From a virus (taxonomy: Duplodnaviria > Caudoviricetes), in the IMG/VR virus record IMGVR_UViG_3300028920_000083, positions 1-55,659 of that record: a DNA stretch of 55,659 bases; one strand, given 5' to 3'. A program made the position numbers and the translations under genes. Shown in pieces: positions 28,418-38,270 of the stretch. A model generated the notes under the pieces. That model searched no databases, was not told the origin of the DNA, and saw only the letters and a list, made by a program, of their open reading frames with translations. Positions within the stretch are counted from its first letter, which is position 1, and every line of letters begins with the position of its first letter.

Positions 28418-28912
28418 TTAGCCACTCGCATTTAATGTATACTTAAGTCTCACGGTATCACCATTAGTGACCGCTAAGTCACCACCGGAGAATAAAGCTG
28501 TTGACCATAAGGTTCCAGAAGAACCACCCTTCGTATTGTCACTAGCCAAGAAGGCACCCTTAAGTGTTCCCGCACCAGTAATACTAAAATTAGCTAAGGT
28601 TGTATTTGTTATAGACTGTCCACTCGCGGCATCCTCAGGCCATGCTTGCCGATTAGCTTCCGAATAAGTTGTAAATTCAGTCCAACCTGCATGACTACCC
28701 ATCGTATCACTAGGGCTTAAACCTGTGTATCCTGAGGCATTAATAAGACCAAAATACCATGCTGTTATCTGTGAAGATCCATGAAACATTATATCTAAAA
28801 GTGCATCAAGACCACCATTAGTAATTCCGTTAAGAAATTCCCTAACTTCAATCACTTTACCATCACGTACAAGCTCAAGATAATATTTACCTTTTAACTT
28901 TAACTTATTCAT
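28418..28912 (-). CDS. Virion structural (tail/baseplate-associated) protein
   Basis: NGITNGG...WTEFT-x-Y...GTLWS...VTNGDTVRLKY beta-rich pattern; follows the TMP. Confidence 0.55.
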   Translation of the reverse strand: MNKLKLKGKYYLELVRDGKVIEVREFLNGITNGGLDALLDIMFHGSSQITAWYFGLINASGYTGLSPSDTMGSHAGWTEFTTYSEANRQAWPEDAASGQSITNTTLANFSITGAGTLKGAFLASDNTKGGSSGTLWSTALFSGGDLAVTNGDTVRLKYTLNASG

Positions 28913-31900
28913 AATGCAATCGTTCCTCTCCTGATACCACGCCTCAGAATCTTACCAAGCCTGACGGCATCATAATCAGGCGATGTTGTACTTGGAAGAT
29001 TAACATTTACATCTCCCACATTTACATTAGTCACTTGACCACCACGGTCAAATGTTTGTACACCAGAGTTCATACGTACAAGTTGACTATAGAATCTTCG
29101 CGTAGCCGCTGCATTAACAACAAATTCACCCGGACTCAAAAGAGCCGGAACAGTGTCTCGACCATGTAATGATCCACCCTTTGCAAATCCAACCTCCTCG
29201 GCTACTGCTGGAACCTGAATATTTTGGAACATCATAGCTTCACGAACCTTATCAAGTTGTATTTCTAAATTACGTAGTGATTGTGTTAAATCTTTAACCT
29301 TTGTATCATAACTTTCTATTGTACCAGCAGCAGTTTCCTCAACCTCGGCACCTTCTTTAAGTGACTCATTAGCAGCTATTCTACTTTTGAGCAACTCAAT
29401 AGTAAGATTCCTAAGTTGTTGTTCTTGATCAGCAAGCCGTTCAGATTTTTGAATCAAGTCCTCTTGAGCATCCTTTTGGTCTAATAATTCAATAACAACG
29501 GCTGTAATATTTTCTCTTAATTTCTCAGTTTGAATATTGAGTTCCTGAGACAGTCGTGAATAATTTCCAATAGGGACTACTCGAATTGAGCTTCGTAATT
29601 TACTTAATGCTGACACAACTTCGTCTATATTTTCAACAGCCGGCACTTCTGCAAATTCTGCTAATACTTGTTCAATAGGTAATAAAGTTTGCCTTAACTT
29701 CTCGATTTGAGCGGCTTCAAATGTACCGGCTGATCCAAGAGAGGGAGCAGTACCTTTGAATAATTCACGCTCACCAGCAAGACCCTTCTGGATCGCACGA
29801 CGTATAGCTTCAAATCGATTATCTAGTTGTACTAATTCGACTTGTTCTGCTTCAATACCCTGTCGAATAGCTTCAAACCGAGTTTTAATAACCTCACTTT
29901 CAGCTTTCAGATTCTCAAGAGCAGCACGCTTTTCTAACTCAAAAATACGTTCACGTAATACTCGCTCCTCATTAATATTACGTATACGTAATCTAGCTTG
30001 AGCTTCCTCAGAAACACCAATTTCTTGTAGAGCATTAAACAATTCTCGCGTAGTTTGACGCCTTGCCTCAAGAGCTTCCTTTGCAGCAGCCGCATCAGTA
30101 AGTTTAAGAACTTCCTTAAGATTAAAGTCTTGAAATTTTCTATAGGCTTCTTCAAGTTGAATCTTTTGTAAAACAAGATCAATCTCTCGTTGATGTGCTT
30201 CTGCTGCTAATTTCTCAGCAGATTCCGCCCAAGCTGTGCGCTGTTGCGCTTCCTCTGCTATAAGTTCTAAATATCGTTCTTGGAAATTAATTTGAGTAAC
30301 ACTGTTATCAACTAACTTTTTCTCTGCTTCTTGTATACGCTTTATCTTAGCTTCATGGTCCTCAACAAGACGATTCATCTGGAGGCGGATTTTATGAATC
30401 GCGTCTTGATTCTTACGTTCATTATTAAGCTGATCTATTAACTTTAAATGTAAATCTAGCCTACGCCTTGCATACTGCTGATTCTCTTTTGCAACCTGTT
30501 CTTCGAGTTTAATTCGTTCAGCTGCATTATCACGATTTTCATCTTGCGCTTCACGACGGATTTCACGATCCTGTTTTGCAAGATCAAGAATCTCTTGACG
30601 CAATTCATCAAAAGCTTCTTTATCTTCAAGAGCCAGAGCAAAGACACTTGCTTCTCTAAGCTGTTCAATACGATTTTGGATTTCTCGAATCTTACCTTCG
30701 AAACCCTGATCCTCAATTTGCACTTCAAAGAGGAAACGACCAGCCTCACGAAACACATCAGTAGTTTCTTCTCGTAATTGTTCAGCTAACCTACTAAATT
30801 CTTTGAATTCTTTACGAGCTTGTCGAATACCCTCTGTTAAAGTTTTAGTTACATCTTTATTTATATTTGTTAAATCTCTACCAAAATCTTTTGTATCCTT
30901 AACTGTATCACGCCGTAGCCTTGCAAACTCACCAAATACGGTAGCAGCAAACCGCTCAACTCTTAATATTCTAGCTGTAAGTTCCTCTTCAAAGTCTGTT
31001 GTAATTTGTTGTGAAGCACGCTTTTCATCTTCTACACGCTGTTTAGCTGCATTCTCAAATGCTTTACGCTCTGCTTCCGCAGCTTCCTCTGCACTAATTT
31101 GGATTGTTCGAATCAATCCAATAAGTGCAGTCGCACCTACAATTGCAGCACTAAATGGATTAGTCACTGCTAAAACAGCTAATTTAACTGTTAAAGCAGT
31201 TAATGCCGGAATCAACACTAAGAGTATAGCTTGCGTAAATCCCTTTACAACATCGGTTAATCCTTCAAAACCATTAGTTGATTCTGCAATAAATTGCAGT
31301 ATTGTATCACCAAGTTCAACTAAGAAGAAATTTTTAATTTTTGTTAATTCAATTTCGAGCTTTTTGCCCGAAGCTTCAAGAACAAGAGCTTGAGCTTGAA
31401 CATACGATGCTGTGGAATTTTTAATTTGTTCTTGATTTCGAACAAAGAGTTCTGCATCTTTATTGACAATAGCAAGAATACCAGATAGTCCTCTAATTCG
31501 ACTAATATATTTAGCAATCTTTGTTGAACTACCTTCTGTAACCTCATTAAGCTTCCGTAAAAATCCTAAAAGACCATAAATACGGATTGCATCTTCACCA
31601 GAGGCAACGCCTAATTCCTCAAAGAGTTCCTTCATATCTTGAGTAGGCTTCAAGAGCTTAACAAAAATACCACGTAGCTGTGTATTAGATTTATTGTATG
31701 CAATACCCTGAATAGTTAGAGTATCAATAAGTGCTTGCAGATCTGTAAGTGGTATATTAAGTTGTCTTGCTAAAACTGCCACATCACCAAAAGATGTAGC
31801 CATATCTGCAATACGTACACGACCTAATTCAACTGTTTTAAAGAAACTTGCTGCAACTCTTTCAGCATCAGATACATCAAGTTGATATGCATTAATAGCT

Positions 31901-32871
31901 GCTGTTAAAAGATTAACAGCCTCAGATGTCGAAGAAACAGATGCAAGTGCAAGCTTATTTGCTTCCTCTAAGAAAGCAAATGTTTCTGCACCCTCAGCAA
32001 CCTGATTTGATAAAGTCTGATAAGTAGCTTCAACTTGATCTAAAACAGGAATACCAAAAGCATTGGAAAGAGCAACTAGCTCATCTCGCCATCTTTGGAA
32101 CGGTAATTGAGATTCTTGTGATATTGTTCTAACTTCTGCAATACGTTTCTCAAGCTCAATAGCCTGTCTAACCCCATCGGCTATGGCTCTGGTCAAAGCA
32201 CTTACGGCTTGACGAGCAAGCTGTAATCCCACAAGTCGGATCATACTCTGCCATGAAATATTCATGGTCCGTATTTGCTTATTAGCATCCTGTAATGGCG
32301 CTTTTAATTGTTCCTCAGCACGCCTAACTGCAGCCACTTGATTACGTATACGACGCATATTACCTGAATATGCATCGGTAACACCATTTAATCCTGTCCA
32401 TGCAGTTTTTACATTCTTAAGACTACCAACCTGTTGTTGAATAAGTTCCTTAAGCTTACCAACTTCATTTTTATAACGAAGAATAGCAGCAGGATCAGCA
32501 CCAATAAACGATACTCCACGCTGAACATATTTACCAACAGCTTGAGCTTGTCTATTAAAATCAGCTTGAACAGCAGCTAGTTGCCGTAAAGACTGTTGAT
32601 ATGCTACTGACTTAACTGTAGCCTCTGTTAAACTAGCTGAAACTGTTTTATAATCTGTGCCAGCTTGCTGCATAACAATATTAAGCTTACGTTGTTCATC
32701 AGCCTGTTTCGCTGTAACACGAATCTGTTGCTCACCAGCTTTATTAAATGTAAGAGTAGCAGTAACAGCAGCATCTTCAAGCCGTATGTAATCTTTCCAC
32801 GCTTGAATAGCTTTATTAACTGCTGCTACTAGCGTATCTGAATTAGCATTGATTCTAATATCATCACCCAT
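28909..32871 (-). CDS. Tape measure protein
   Basis: 1320 aa, helical, TP901-like core, C-terminal GFAKGG...DTVPALLSPGEFVV. Confidence 0.9.
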   Translation of the reverse strand: MGDDIRINANSDTLVAAVNKAIQAWKDYIRLEDAAVTATLTFNKAGEQQIRVTAKQADEQRKLNIVMQQAGTDYKTVSASLTEATVKSVAYQQSLRQLAAVQADFNRQAQAVGKYVQRGVSFIGADPAAILRYKNEVGKLKELIQQQVGSLKNVKTAWTGLNGVTDAYSGNMRRIRNQVAAVRRAEEQLKAPLQDANKQIRTMNISWQSMIRLVGLQLARQAVSALTRAIADGVRQAIELEKRIAEVRTISQESQLPFQRWRDELVALSNAFGIPVLDQVEATYQTLSNQVAEGAETFAFLEEANKLALASVSSTSEAVNLLTAAINAYQLDVSDAERVAASFFKTVELGRVRIADMATSFGDVAVLARQLNIPLTDLQALIDTLTIQGIAYNKSNTQLRGIFVKLLKPTQDMKELFEELGVASGEDAIRIYGLLGFLRKLNEVTEGSSTKIAKYISRIRGLSGILAIVNKDAELFVRNQEQIKNSTASYVQAQALVLEASGKKLEIELTKIKNFFLVELGDTILQFIAESTNGFEGLTDVVKGFTQAILLVLIPALTALTVKLAVLAVTNPFSAAIVGATALIGLIRTIQISAEEAAEAERKAFENAAKQRVEDEKRASQQITTDFEEELTARILRVERFAATVFGEFARLRRDTVKDTKDFGRDLTNINKDVTKTLTEGIRQARKEFKEFSRLAEQLREETTDVFREAGRFLFEVQIEDQGFEGKIREIQNRIEQLREASVFALALEDKEAFDELRQEILDLAKQDREIRREAQDENRDNAAERIKLEEQVAKENQQYARRRLDLHLKLIDQLNNERKNQDAIHKIRLQMNRLVEDHEAKIKRIQEAEKKLVDNSVTQINFQERYLELIAEEAQQRTAWAESAEKLAAEAHQREIDLVLQKIQLEEAYRKFQDFNLKEVLKLTDAAAAKEALEARRQTTRELFNALQEIGVSEEAQARLRIRNINEERVLRERIFELEKRAALENLKAESEVIKTRFEAIRQGIEAEQVELVQLDNRFEAIRRAIQKGLAGERELFKGTAPSLGSAGTFEAAQIEKLRQTLLPIEQVLAEFAEVPAVENIDEVVSALSKLRSSIRVVPIGNYSRLSQELNIQTEKLRENITAVVIELLDQKDAQEDLIQKSERLADQEQQLRNLTIELLKSRIAANESLKEGAEVEETAAGTIESYDTKVKDLTQSLRNLEIQLDKVREAMMFQNIQVPAVAEEVGFAKGGSLHGRDTVPALLSPGEFVVNAAATRRFYSQLVRMNSGVQTFDRGGQVTNVNVGDVNVNLPSTTSPDYDAVRLGKILRRGIRRGTIAL

Positions 32872-32872
32872 C

Positions 32873-33469
32873 TTATACCCTCTCAGTTACGAATACAGAT
32901 GCCGGAACAACAAACCCTCGTAACTCCATCAACAGCGCAACAATATAGTCACCACGTAAGTATTCATTATTTTGTATGCCAGTATTAAAAGTTTCTAAAA
33001 ACGCTGTACGTGCTTGTGACATACTCTGCCAATTTCCACTATACTGATATCTAGGCTCATCATGTAAGAAATGTTGAAACACTACAATATGAAATTGAAA
33101 ACTTAAATTTGGAGACTTATCAGTACCAAACTTAATATCAAAAGCTTCACGACCAAGTTGTTCACCAAAAGTCTTAGACTTGAACCTAGCATTATTGGAA
33201 GCAAATTGGCCCGTAAGATTTTTAAATCCAGCTTTAGCCGGGTTTGTAAGTGCTAATGCACTTCCCACTTCCTCCCGCAGTCTAACTTGTGCAGCTAGTG
33301 GCATCAAAGAAGCATATGACATTCCTGTATCAATATGTATATGCTTAACTGCTTCACGAACAAAAGCACGTATGCTTTCTTTCCATAATTTTATAAGAGC
33401 ATTATGAACATAGCGAAATACCGCTTGCTCATTCACTCTACGAACTGGTCTATCAAATTTTACTTCCAT
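32873..33469 (-). CDS. Neck/tail-completion protein (HK97 gp10-like)
   Basis: HIDTG motif; position in the tail operon. Confidence 0.45.
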   Translation of the reverse strand: MEVKFDRPVRRVNEQAVFRYVHNALIKLWKESIRAFVREAVKHIHIDTGMSYASLMPLAAQVRLREEVGSALALTNPAKAGFKNLTGQFASNNARFKSKTFGEQLGREAFDIKFGTDKSPNLSFQFHIVVFQHFLHDEPRYQYSGNWQSMSQARTAFLETFNTGIQNNEYLRGDYIVALLMELRGFVVPASVFVTERV

Positions 33470-33476
33470 TTTATAT

Positions 33477-33507
33477 CTTGGGTGGCCCCACTAGGAGGCC
33501 ACCCAAG
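33477..33507 (-). terminator. Stem-loop after the tail chaperone genes
   Basis: CTTGGGTGGCC...GGCCACCCAAG inverted repeat, no U-tract. Confidence 0.55.
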
Positions 33508-33511
33508 CCTC

Positions 33512-33751
33512 CTATAGTTTAACACCTAATGCTTTGTACATATTTATCTTATCTTCTTCTTCCTCGTAACCTCTTATTTGGTCGTAAGCTATCAATTGTG
33601 CTTGTCTCCACACGTCATTATCATCCCACGTACCCTGTACTCCCGGCGGCATTATTCCGAACCGTTCGCAGCTTCGCCAGATGGCGTACTGCTCAGTTCT
33701 GAACCGAGGGAGACTACGCTGCCTTGCTCCTCGGCCAGACCAGCTAAAAAA
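33512..33751 (-). CDS. -1 frameshift extension of the tail assembly chaperone (lambda gpGT-like)
   Basis: Slippery T-TTT-TTA at 33745-33751; the -1 frame is open to TAG 33512 (...YAIWRSCERFGIMPPG...WRQAQLIAYDQIR...). Confidence 0.8.
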   Translation of the reverse strand, partial: FFSWSGRGARQRSLPRFRTEQYAIWRSCERFGIMPPGVQGTWDDNDVWRQAQLIAYDQIRGYEEEEDKINMYKALGVKL

Positions 33752-34188
33752 GCTGCTGTAGCCTCATCAATCTTCTTTTGATCAAGCCCGCAAGCTATCG
33801 TAACTGCATTAACGATTCGCGCAATCTCCGGTGGAGATAACGATGCCGCCCTCAACTCCTCCTGATAGTTGGCCCAAGTATCAGAATCATCCATATTGAC
33901 TGTTTCCCATTCCAGACCTTCTGTGGCCTGTAGGGACTTAAGAACCATCCAGTCAGTTTTACTAGATGCCCACTTCTGCAAGGCATCCTGATACGATTTC
34001 TCGTTAACAGCTAAGGTCCGCTCACCACCGGCCTTAATAATTTCCCGTGGTAGCGGTGCCGGATAAATTGACTCAAACTCCTCATAATCCAACACCGCCT
34101 GAGCCTTAAACACAAGGTTTCCTGTAGATCGCGGAATCACCACGATCTCAGTATTCGGACCTTCGATTTTCTTACCGTGCATCTTCAT
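33652..34188 (-). CDS. Tail assembly chaperone (gpG-like)
   Basis: Between the tail tube and TMP; carries the slippery site. Confidence 0.8.
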   Translation of the reverse strand: MKMHGKKIEGPNTEIVVIPRSTGNLVFKAQAVLDYEEFESIYPAPLPREIIKAGGERTLAVNEKSYQDALQKWASSKTDWMVLKSLQATEGLEWETVNMDDSDTWANYQEELRAASLSPPEIARIVNAVTIACGLDQKKIDEATAAFLAGLAEEQGSVVSLGSELSSTPSGEAANGSE

Positions 34189-34218
34189 TTTAATATCTCC
34201 TTACTTTAGCCCCGTAAG

Positions 34219-34758
34219 TTAGGGTGTCGTGGGATACCTAACGCTACTGGCTTCCTTCACATTGCACCTACCGGAACAAGCAACCGTGCCCGCACGGGCA
34301 TCATGGTCAAGCTGCTCCCACCGGAAATCTGCCAAGGTGATTACCTCCGTATCACCGGGCTGGCAGTCAGGCACGTAGGTAATGATGATGTCAACTGCAT
34401 ACGGACGACATATATCAGAGTCCGTTGACACCCACGCTGACGCATTACCCCGCTTCTTGAGTGCATCCTCAATAGTCGGAGCAGCACCAGTCGCAGAGGA
34501 GCCAAGCAGATACTCCCATACGAAGTCCATACGGACATCCATCGGAACTTCATCACCCTCGCGAACCTCATCGAGTACGCCTCGGTCTAAGGTGTACTCC
34601 ATGTTACGACGTTCCGAGAAGGTAAGATTACCCTCTCCAATCTTGACCTCGATACTGTTGGGACTAGTAGACCCATCCTGTATCGTGATCGTAGCGTTCT
34701 TGAGATCAATCTGAGCACAGACCGTTGCCCAAACTGATACAAGACCCTTCAATCGCAT
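34219..34758 (-). CDS. Major tail tube protein
   Basis: Position between terminator and chaperone; strong AGGAG RBS; beta-rich. Confidence 0.7.
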   Translation of the reverse strand: MRLKGLVSVWATVCAQIDLKNATITIQDGSTSPNSIEVKIGEGNLTFSERRNMEYTLDRGVLDEVREGDEVPMDVRMDFVWEYLLGSSATGAAPTIEDALKKRGNASAWVSTDSDICRPYAVDIIITYVPDCQPGDTEVITLADFRWEQLDHDARAGTVACSGRCNVKEASSVRYPTTP

Positions 34759-34773
34759 TCCTTAACTCCTAAC

Positions 34774-35250
34774 TTAAGGTTGCAAAAACATCTCGTAATG
34801 AGCTTCCACAGTTGCCTGCATAACCCTAGTTTTGGGCTCAATTTGGCCGAAGTGAGAAATCTGAATCCTCTCTTTACCCCGAGCATCTGTCACCAATTGG
34901 AGACAGCCAAGATAGGAATCATCATCATCAACTCCGTTACCGTACTTGAACACCTTTATACCATTCCAAAATGCTGCTGCTGCAATACCCACGTTCGCGT
35001 GTATTCTGTGATAACTACTTTGATCCTTTGTAGACTGTACCAATACATTAACTTCTATGTAAAGACGGAAGTAATTATGACTAACCTCCGTAATATATGG
35101 TCCATCCATGCGAAGTTCAAGAAAATCTTTCAAGTCCCGTGTAGCACGGTGTTGGCCTTCAATATACATATCAAGACCTTGCCGCTGGTCCATGAAATGC
35201 TGTGAGATGGATGCAAAAATCCATCTAGGCCAGTTTTTATTAACAGCCAT
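34774..35250 (-). CDS. Tail terminator-like protein
   Basis: Size and synteny. Confidence 0.55.
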   Translation of the reverse strand: MAVNKNWPRWIFASISQHFMDQRQGLDMYIEGQHRATRDLKDFLELRMDGPYITEVSHNYFRLYIEVNVLVQSTKDQSSYHRIHANVGIAAAAFWNGIKVFKYGNGVDDDDSYLGCLQLVTDARGKERIQISHFGQIEPKTRVMQATVEAHYEMFLQP

Positions 35251-35681
35251 TATACAGTCTCCGTACTAGCAACATGCTTACAAATCAGAATATAACCACG
35301 ATCCATCTCAAACCTGTGTACTTCTAGTATATCATATTGTTCGGTATCAAATATAATAATCATATCTTGTGTAGGACGGACACCTACTGGTAAATCTTTG
35401 GTATCAATAATTATCGCGCGCTTATCAGCATCAAAAAGTCCACCATAGGTGAAGTTTTTATTAGCTGCAATGAATGAAAGATCGTAGACGAAATCTCTCA
35501 AACTACGACGCGGCAATAATATAACTCTCCTTATCGCATAGTCAGTGTTAGATGGTGTAACAACACCAGTCTGCACATTGTAAGCATCACTTACAACACG
35601 CAATCTAGCAGGAAGCCCAAAATTCCGCTTCATGCGATAGAGTATAGTGCTAATTTGTCTTAATACATTAGCCATTATCAT
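35250..35681 (-). CDS. Head-closure/stopper-like protein
   Basis: YNVQTG motif, beta-rich, synteny. Confidence 0.55.
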   Translation of the reverse strand: MIMANVLRQISTILYRMKRNFGLPARLRVVSDAYNVQTGVVTPSNTDYAIRRVILLPRRSLRDFVYDLSFIAANKNFTYGGLFDADKRAIIIDTKDLPVGVRPTQDMIIIFDTEQYDILEVHRFEMDRGYILICKHVASTETV

Positions 35682-35967
35682 TTTCCTCTGCCATACACGG
35701 ACGCTTTAATAAGGCTTTAGAAAAACCTTTCATCGTTTCCGTTTGCTGCTCAATTGCCATAGTATTCTTAACTACAACTTCCTTATTCTCAACAGCTAAT
35801 GCTGTTAATTGATTCTTTTGAAAATCTTCTGTAGCCTGTAATTTACTAGCTAAGTCAATACGGATCTTTTCATCACTTTTAGAACGCATATAATCACGCC
35901 ATATAAAGAATACTAATAAAGCTACAGGTAGCCCAAATACTTTTGCTATCTCTATGAACTGTTGCAT
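35668..35967 (-). CDS. Membrane protein, BhlA/UviB-like holin candidate
   Basis: N-terminal TM FGLPVALLVFFIW followed by a coiled coil. Confidence 0.5.
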   Translation of the reverse strand: MQQFIEIAKVFGLPVALLVFFIWRDYMRSKSDEKIRIDLASKLQATEDFQKNQLTALAVENKEVVVKNTMAIEQQTETMKGFSKALLKRPCMAEENDNG

Positions 35968-35982
35968 ATTTGGCTCCTGTTA

Positions 35983-36016
35983 GGTGGGGAGCAGATTTTG
36001 AAATCTACTCCCCACC
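35983..36016 (-). terminator. Stem-loop after the major capsid gene
   Basis: GGTGGGGAGTAGATTT/AATCTGCTCCCCACC hairpin, no U-tract. Confidence 0.6.
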
Positions 36017-36027
36017 CACCCATACTC

Positions 36028-37413
36028 CTAACCGAACATCACAGCGCCAAGATCCGTATTCAGAACCTTGACACCGCACAGAATATCGACAGTCACCAGA
36101 TGGCCCTGCTTCGTGCCATCATAAGTGATCGTCACGCGCAGCGACAGGCCGTTGTAATTGGCCGTGTACGACAGCGCGCCAGTACCCGCAGCAGGAGCCG
36201 CCAGCGGACGCATAACCAGCGCAAGCGCATTGCGATGGAAAGCGAAGCCATAAGCACCTGCCGGCCCAATACCAACCACATCATTATCTGCAATCGCAGC
36301 CACAAGCGGCCGATCAAGCAGAAGTCCAGTGGTAGTCGGAGCCGTGAGAGCACCGTACCTGTTAGCACCAGCAGCCTTGAACGTAACAAGCTGACCTGTG
36401 CGCGGGGCGACCGTGAAGCCGTCCACAACTATCGACTTGGCGTAACCAGCCGCATAGCCTGCAAGCAGATCAACAGCACCCGGCTCGTACACAGTGACAA
36501 CAGCGTTATCAGCAACCGCATAACGAAGGCCCGGCGACTCAAGCGTAATCTGAGTCGCAGGATCAGCGTCACGGGCAACAATCAGATGAGGCGTATCATC
36601 ACCCGCAATCGTACACCACGAACCGGCTATGATAGTAGTACCACCATCAACCGTCAGAACAGTGTCACCGGCTGCATAGCCAGCAAGATTGTTAATCAGT
36701 GTCGTAATAGTAATCGTGTTACCCACAGCGATATCAGGCGCATTCTGACACATGAAGGTATTCAGACCAAACTTCCGGCCAAGAGAACCCTCACGTAACG
36801 CCGTACCATCATCGCCCACCTTCTCAGCGTTCACGAAATCTGCAACGTTAAGAAGGGCACCCTCCATCGACGGAGGAATAATGAGGTTGCGGCCCATCGA
36901 CGGAACCTTATTGGCATTCATAACCTCACGAATACCAATAACGGTCCCCTTCGTCGGGTCCGTGCCGAGCTTACCAGCCGTATTAGCCATGAACTGATAA
37001 AGCTGCGCCAGCACGATCTCATCAACACCCTGAGCCAGCGACAGAAGTGCAGGCTCAAGATACTCATCACGAAGCTGCTTGAAACTCTTAGACTCCTCCC
37101 CATCCCTAATCATGAAGGAGGTATGAGGATGCTGATCGAGCGGCACAGGCACATTCACCGCCGTCGCATCTTGGATTGTGACATCATCAGTATCAACCTT
37201 CCGCTGCATCACGAACTCAGCAGGCTGGCGGGTATTGACAATATCACCGAAGTTGGCAATCTCATTCTCGAAATCTCGATGAACAAGATTTGCCGCCACC
37301 ATATTAGCCTCAAGAATCATCAGTGACTCTTGAGCCCACAACTCAGGAATAAAAGCGTCAAGGTCATTCGCACCATGCGAAACCCAAACGCTAAGTAACC
37401 TTCTCGGGTGCAT
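36028..37413 (-). CDS. Major capsid protein (P22-coat-like HK97 fold) with tandem insertion domains
   Basis: AFIPELWA...LVHRDFENE...GD-x-V; C-terminal AFHRNALALVMRPL...DILCG. Confidence 0.88.
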   Translation of the reverse strand: MHPRRLLSVWVSHGANDLDAFIPELWAQESLMILEANMVAANLVHRDFENEIANFGDIVNTRQPAEFVMQRKVDTDDVTIQDATAVNVPVPLDQHPHTSFMIRDGEESKSFKQLRDEYLEPALLSLAQGVDEIVLAQLYQFMANTAGKLGTDPTKGTVIGIREVMNANKVPSMGRNLIIPPSMEGALLNVADFVNAEKVGDDGTALREGSLGRKFGLNTFMCQNAPDIAVGNTITITTLINNLAGYAAGDTVLTVDGGTTIIAGSWCTIAGDDTPHLIVARDADPATQITLESPGLRYAVADNAVVTVYEPGAVDLLAGYAAGYAKSIVVDGFTVAPRTGQLVTFKAAGANRYGALTAPTTTGLLLDRPLVAAIADNDVVGIGPAGAYGFAFHRNALALVMRPLAAPAAGTGALSYTANYNGLSLRVTITYDGTKQGHLVTVDILCGVKVLNTDLGAVMFG

Positions 37414-37423
37414 TACTTCTCTC

Positions 37424-38260
37424 CTAACTTAATCCGGGTACTTGACCCTTCTTACGAGCCTCACGATACTTAGCTGGATCTTTTGCAAGCTCAGATACAT
37501 CCGGTGCTTTACCACCGGGGCGGGTAGATGAACCGATACCACCAGTACCATCACCCTTGAAAAGATTCAGATATTGATCCATTTCAGACATCCTCTTGAC
37601 CGCATCCTGCGGAGACAACTCAAGAGTAACTGGCTTACCATCCTTATCCTTGTCCATAAAGCTAACCTTTGGGACAAGATTTCCGGTTGGCTTACCTTCG
37701 GCATCAAGCTCCTCAGCAAGCTGAGTGTTTGACCGTAAAATAGCAACGACCTGCTCAGGGTTGAAGGCGTTGTTGATTACGGCTGCATCAGTTATTGATC
37801 TCATAATAGTTGCATCAGTGTAACGACCCTTCCACTGATCTCTTTCACCCGTCAGACCTTCAATTTGATTTTGAAAATCCTTCTGTAACTTTGTCTTTTC
37901 TTGAGCAGCAAGTTCCTCCTTTGTTAAAAGTTGCTTGTTTAACTCTGTTATCCTACCCTCTAATTCCTCACGTTCCTTAGCTGTTAAATTTGCTCTTGAC
38001 TTTATAGCCTCAAGTTCATCTATTGCTTTTTGTGTTTGTTGCTTATGCTTTCGGCGGTCCTCAGCAAGCAATTTATTCACCTGCTCCTGAGTAAACGTTC
38101 TTTCTCCGCCACCAGTGCCACCACCGTCTCCGCCACCGGTGCCTCCACCATCTCCAGCACCGCCGCCATCTCCGGCACCATCACCAGCACCAGCGCCGTC
38201 GCCACCGCCTTCACCTTCATACAGCACTGACCAGATTGTATAAAGCTTTTGAGAAATCAT
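37424..38260 (-). CDS. Capsid scaffolding protein
   Basis: ATG 38260 after TAGGAG; Gly-rich linker, TFTQEQVN motif, coiled coil; directly upstream of the MCP. Confidence 0.85.
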   Translation of the reverse strand: MISQKLYTIWSVLYEGEGGGDGAGAGDGAGDGGGAGDGGGTGGGDGGGTGGGERTFTQEQVNKLLAEDRRKHKQQTQKAIDELEAIKSRANLTAKEREELEGRITELNKQLLTKEELAAQEKTKLQKDFQNQIEGLTGERDQWKGRYTDATIMRSITDAAVINNAFNPEQVVAILRSNTQLAEELDAEGKPTGNLVPKVSFMDKDKDGKPVTLELSPQDAVKRMSEMDQYLNLFKGDGTGGIGSSTRPGGKAPDVSELAKDPAKYREARKKGQVPGLS

Positions 38261-38270
38261 TTTGTCTCTC

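Noticed and set aside
35962-36798. 278-aa plus-strand ORF antisense to the capsid gene
   Set aside because: Shadow ORF with Arg/Ser-rich, non-protein-like composition
38100-38220. GGC/GGT-rich short tandem repeats
   Set aside because: They encode the Gly-rich linker of the scaffold protein; not a CRISPR array or DNA-level element
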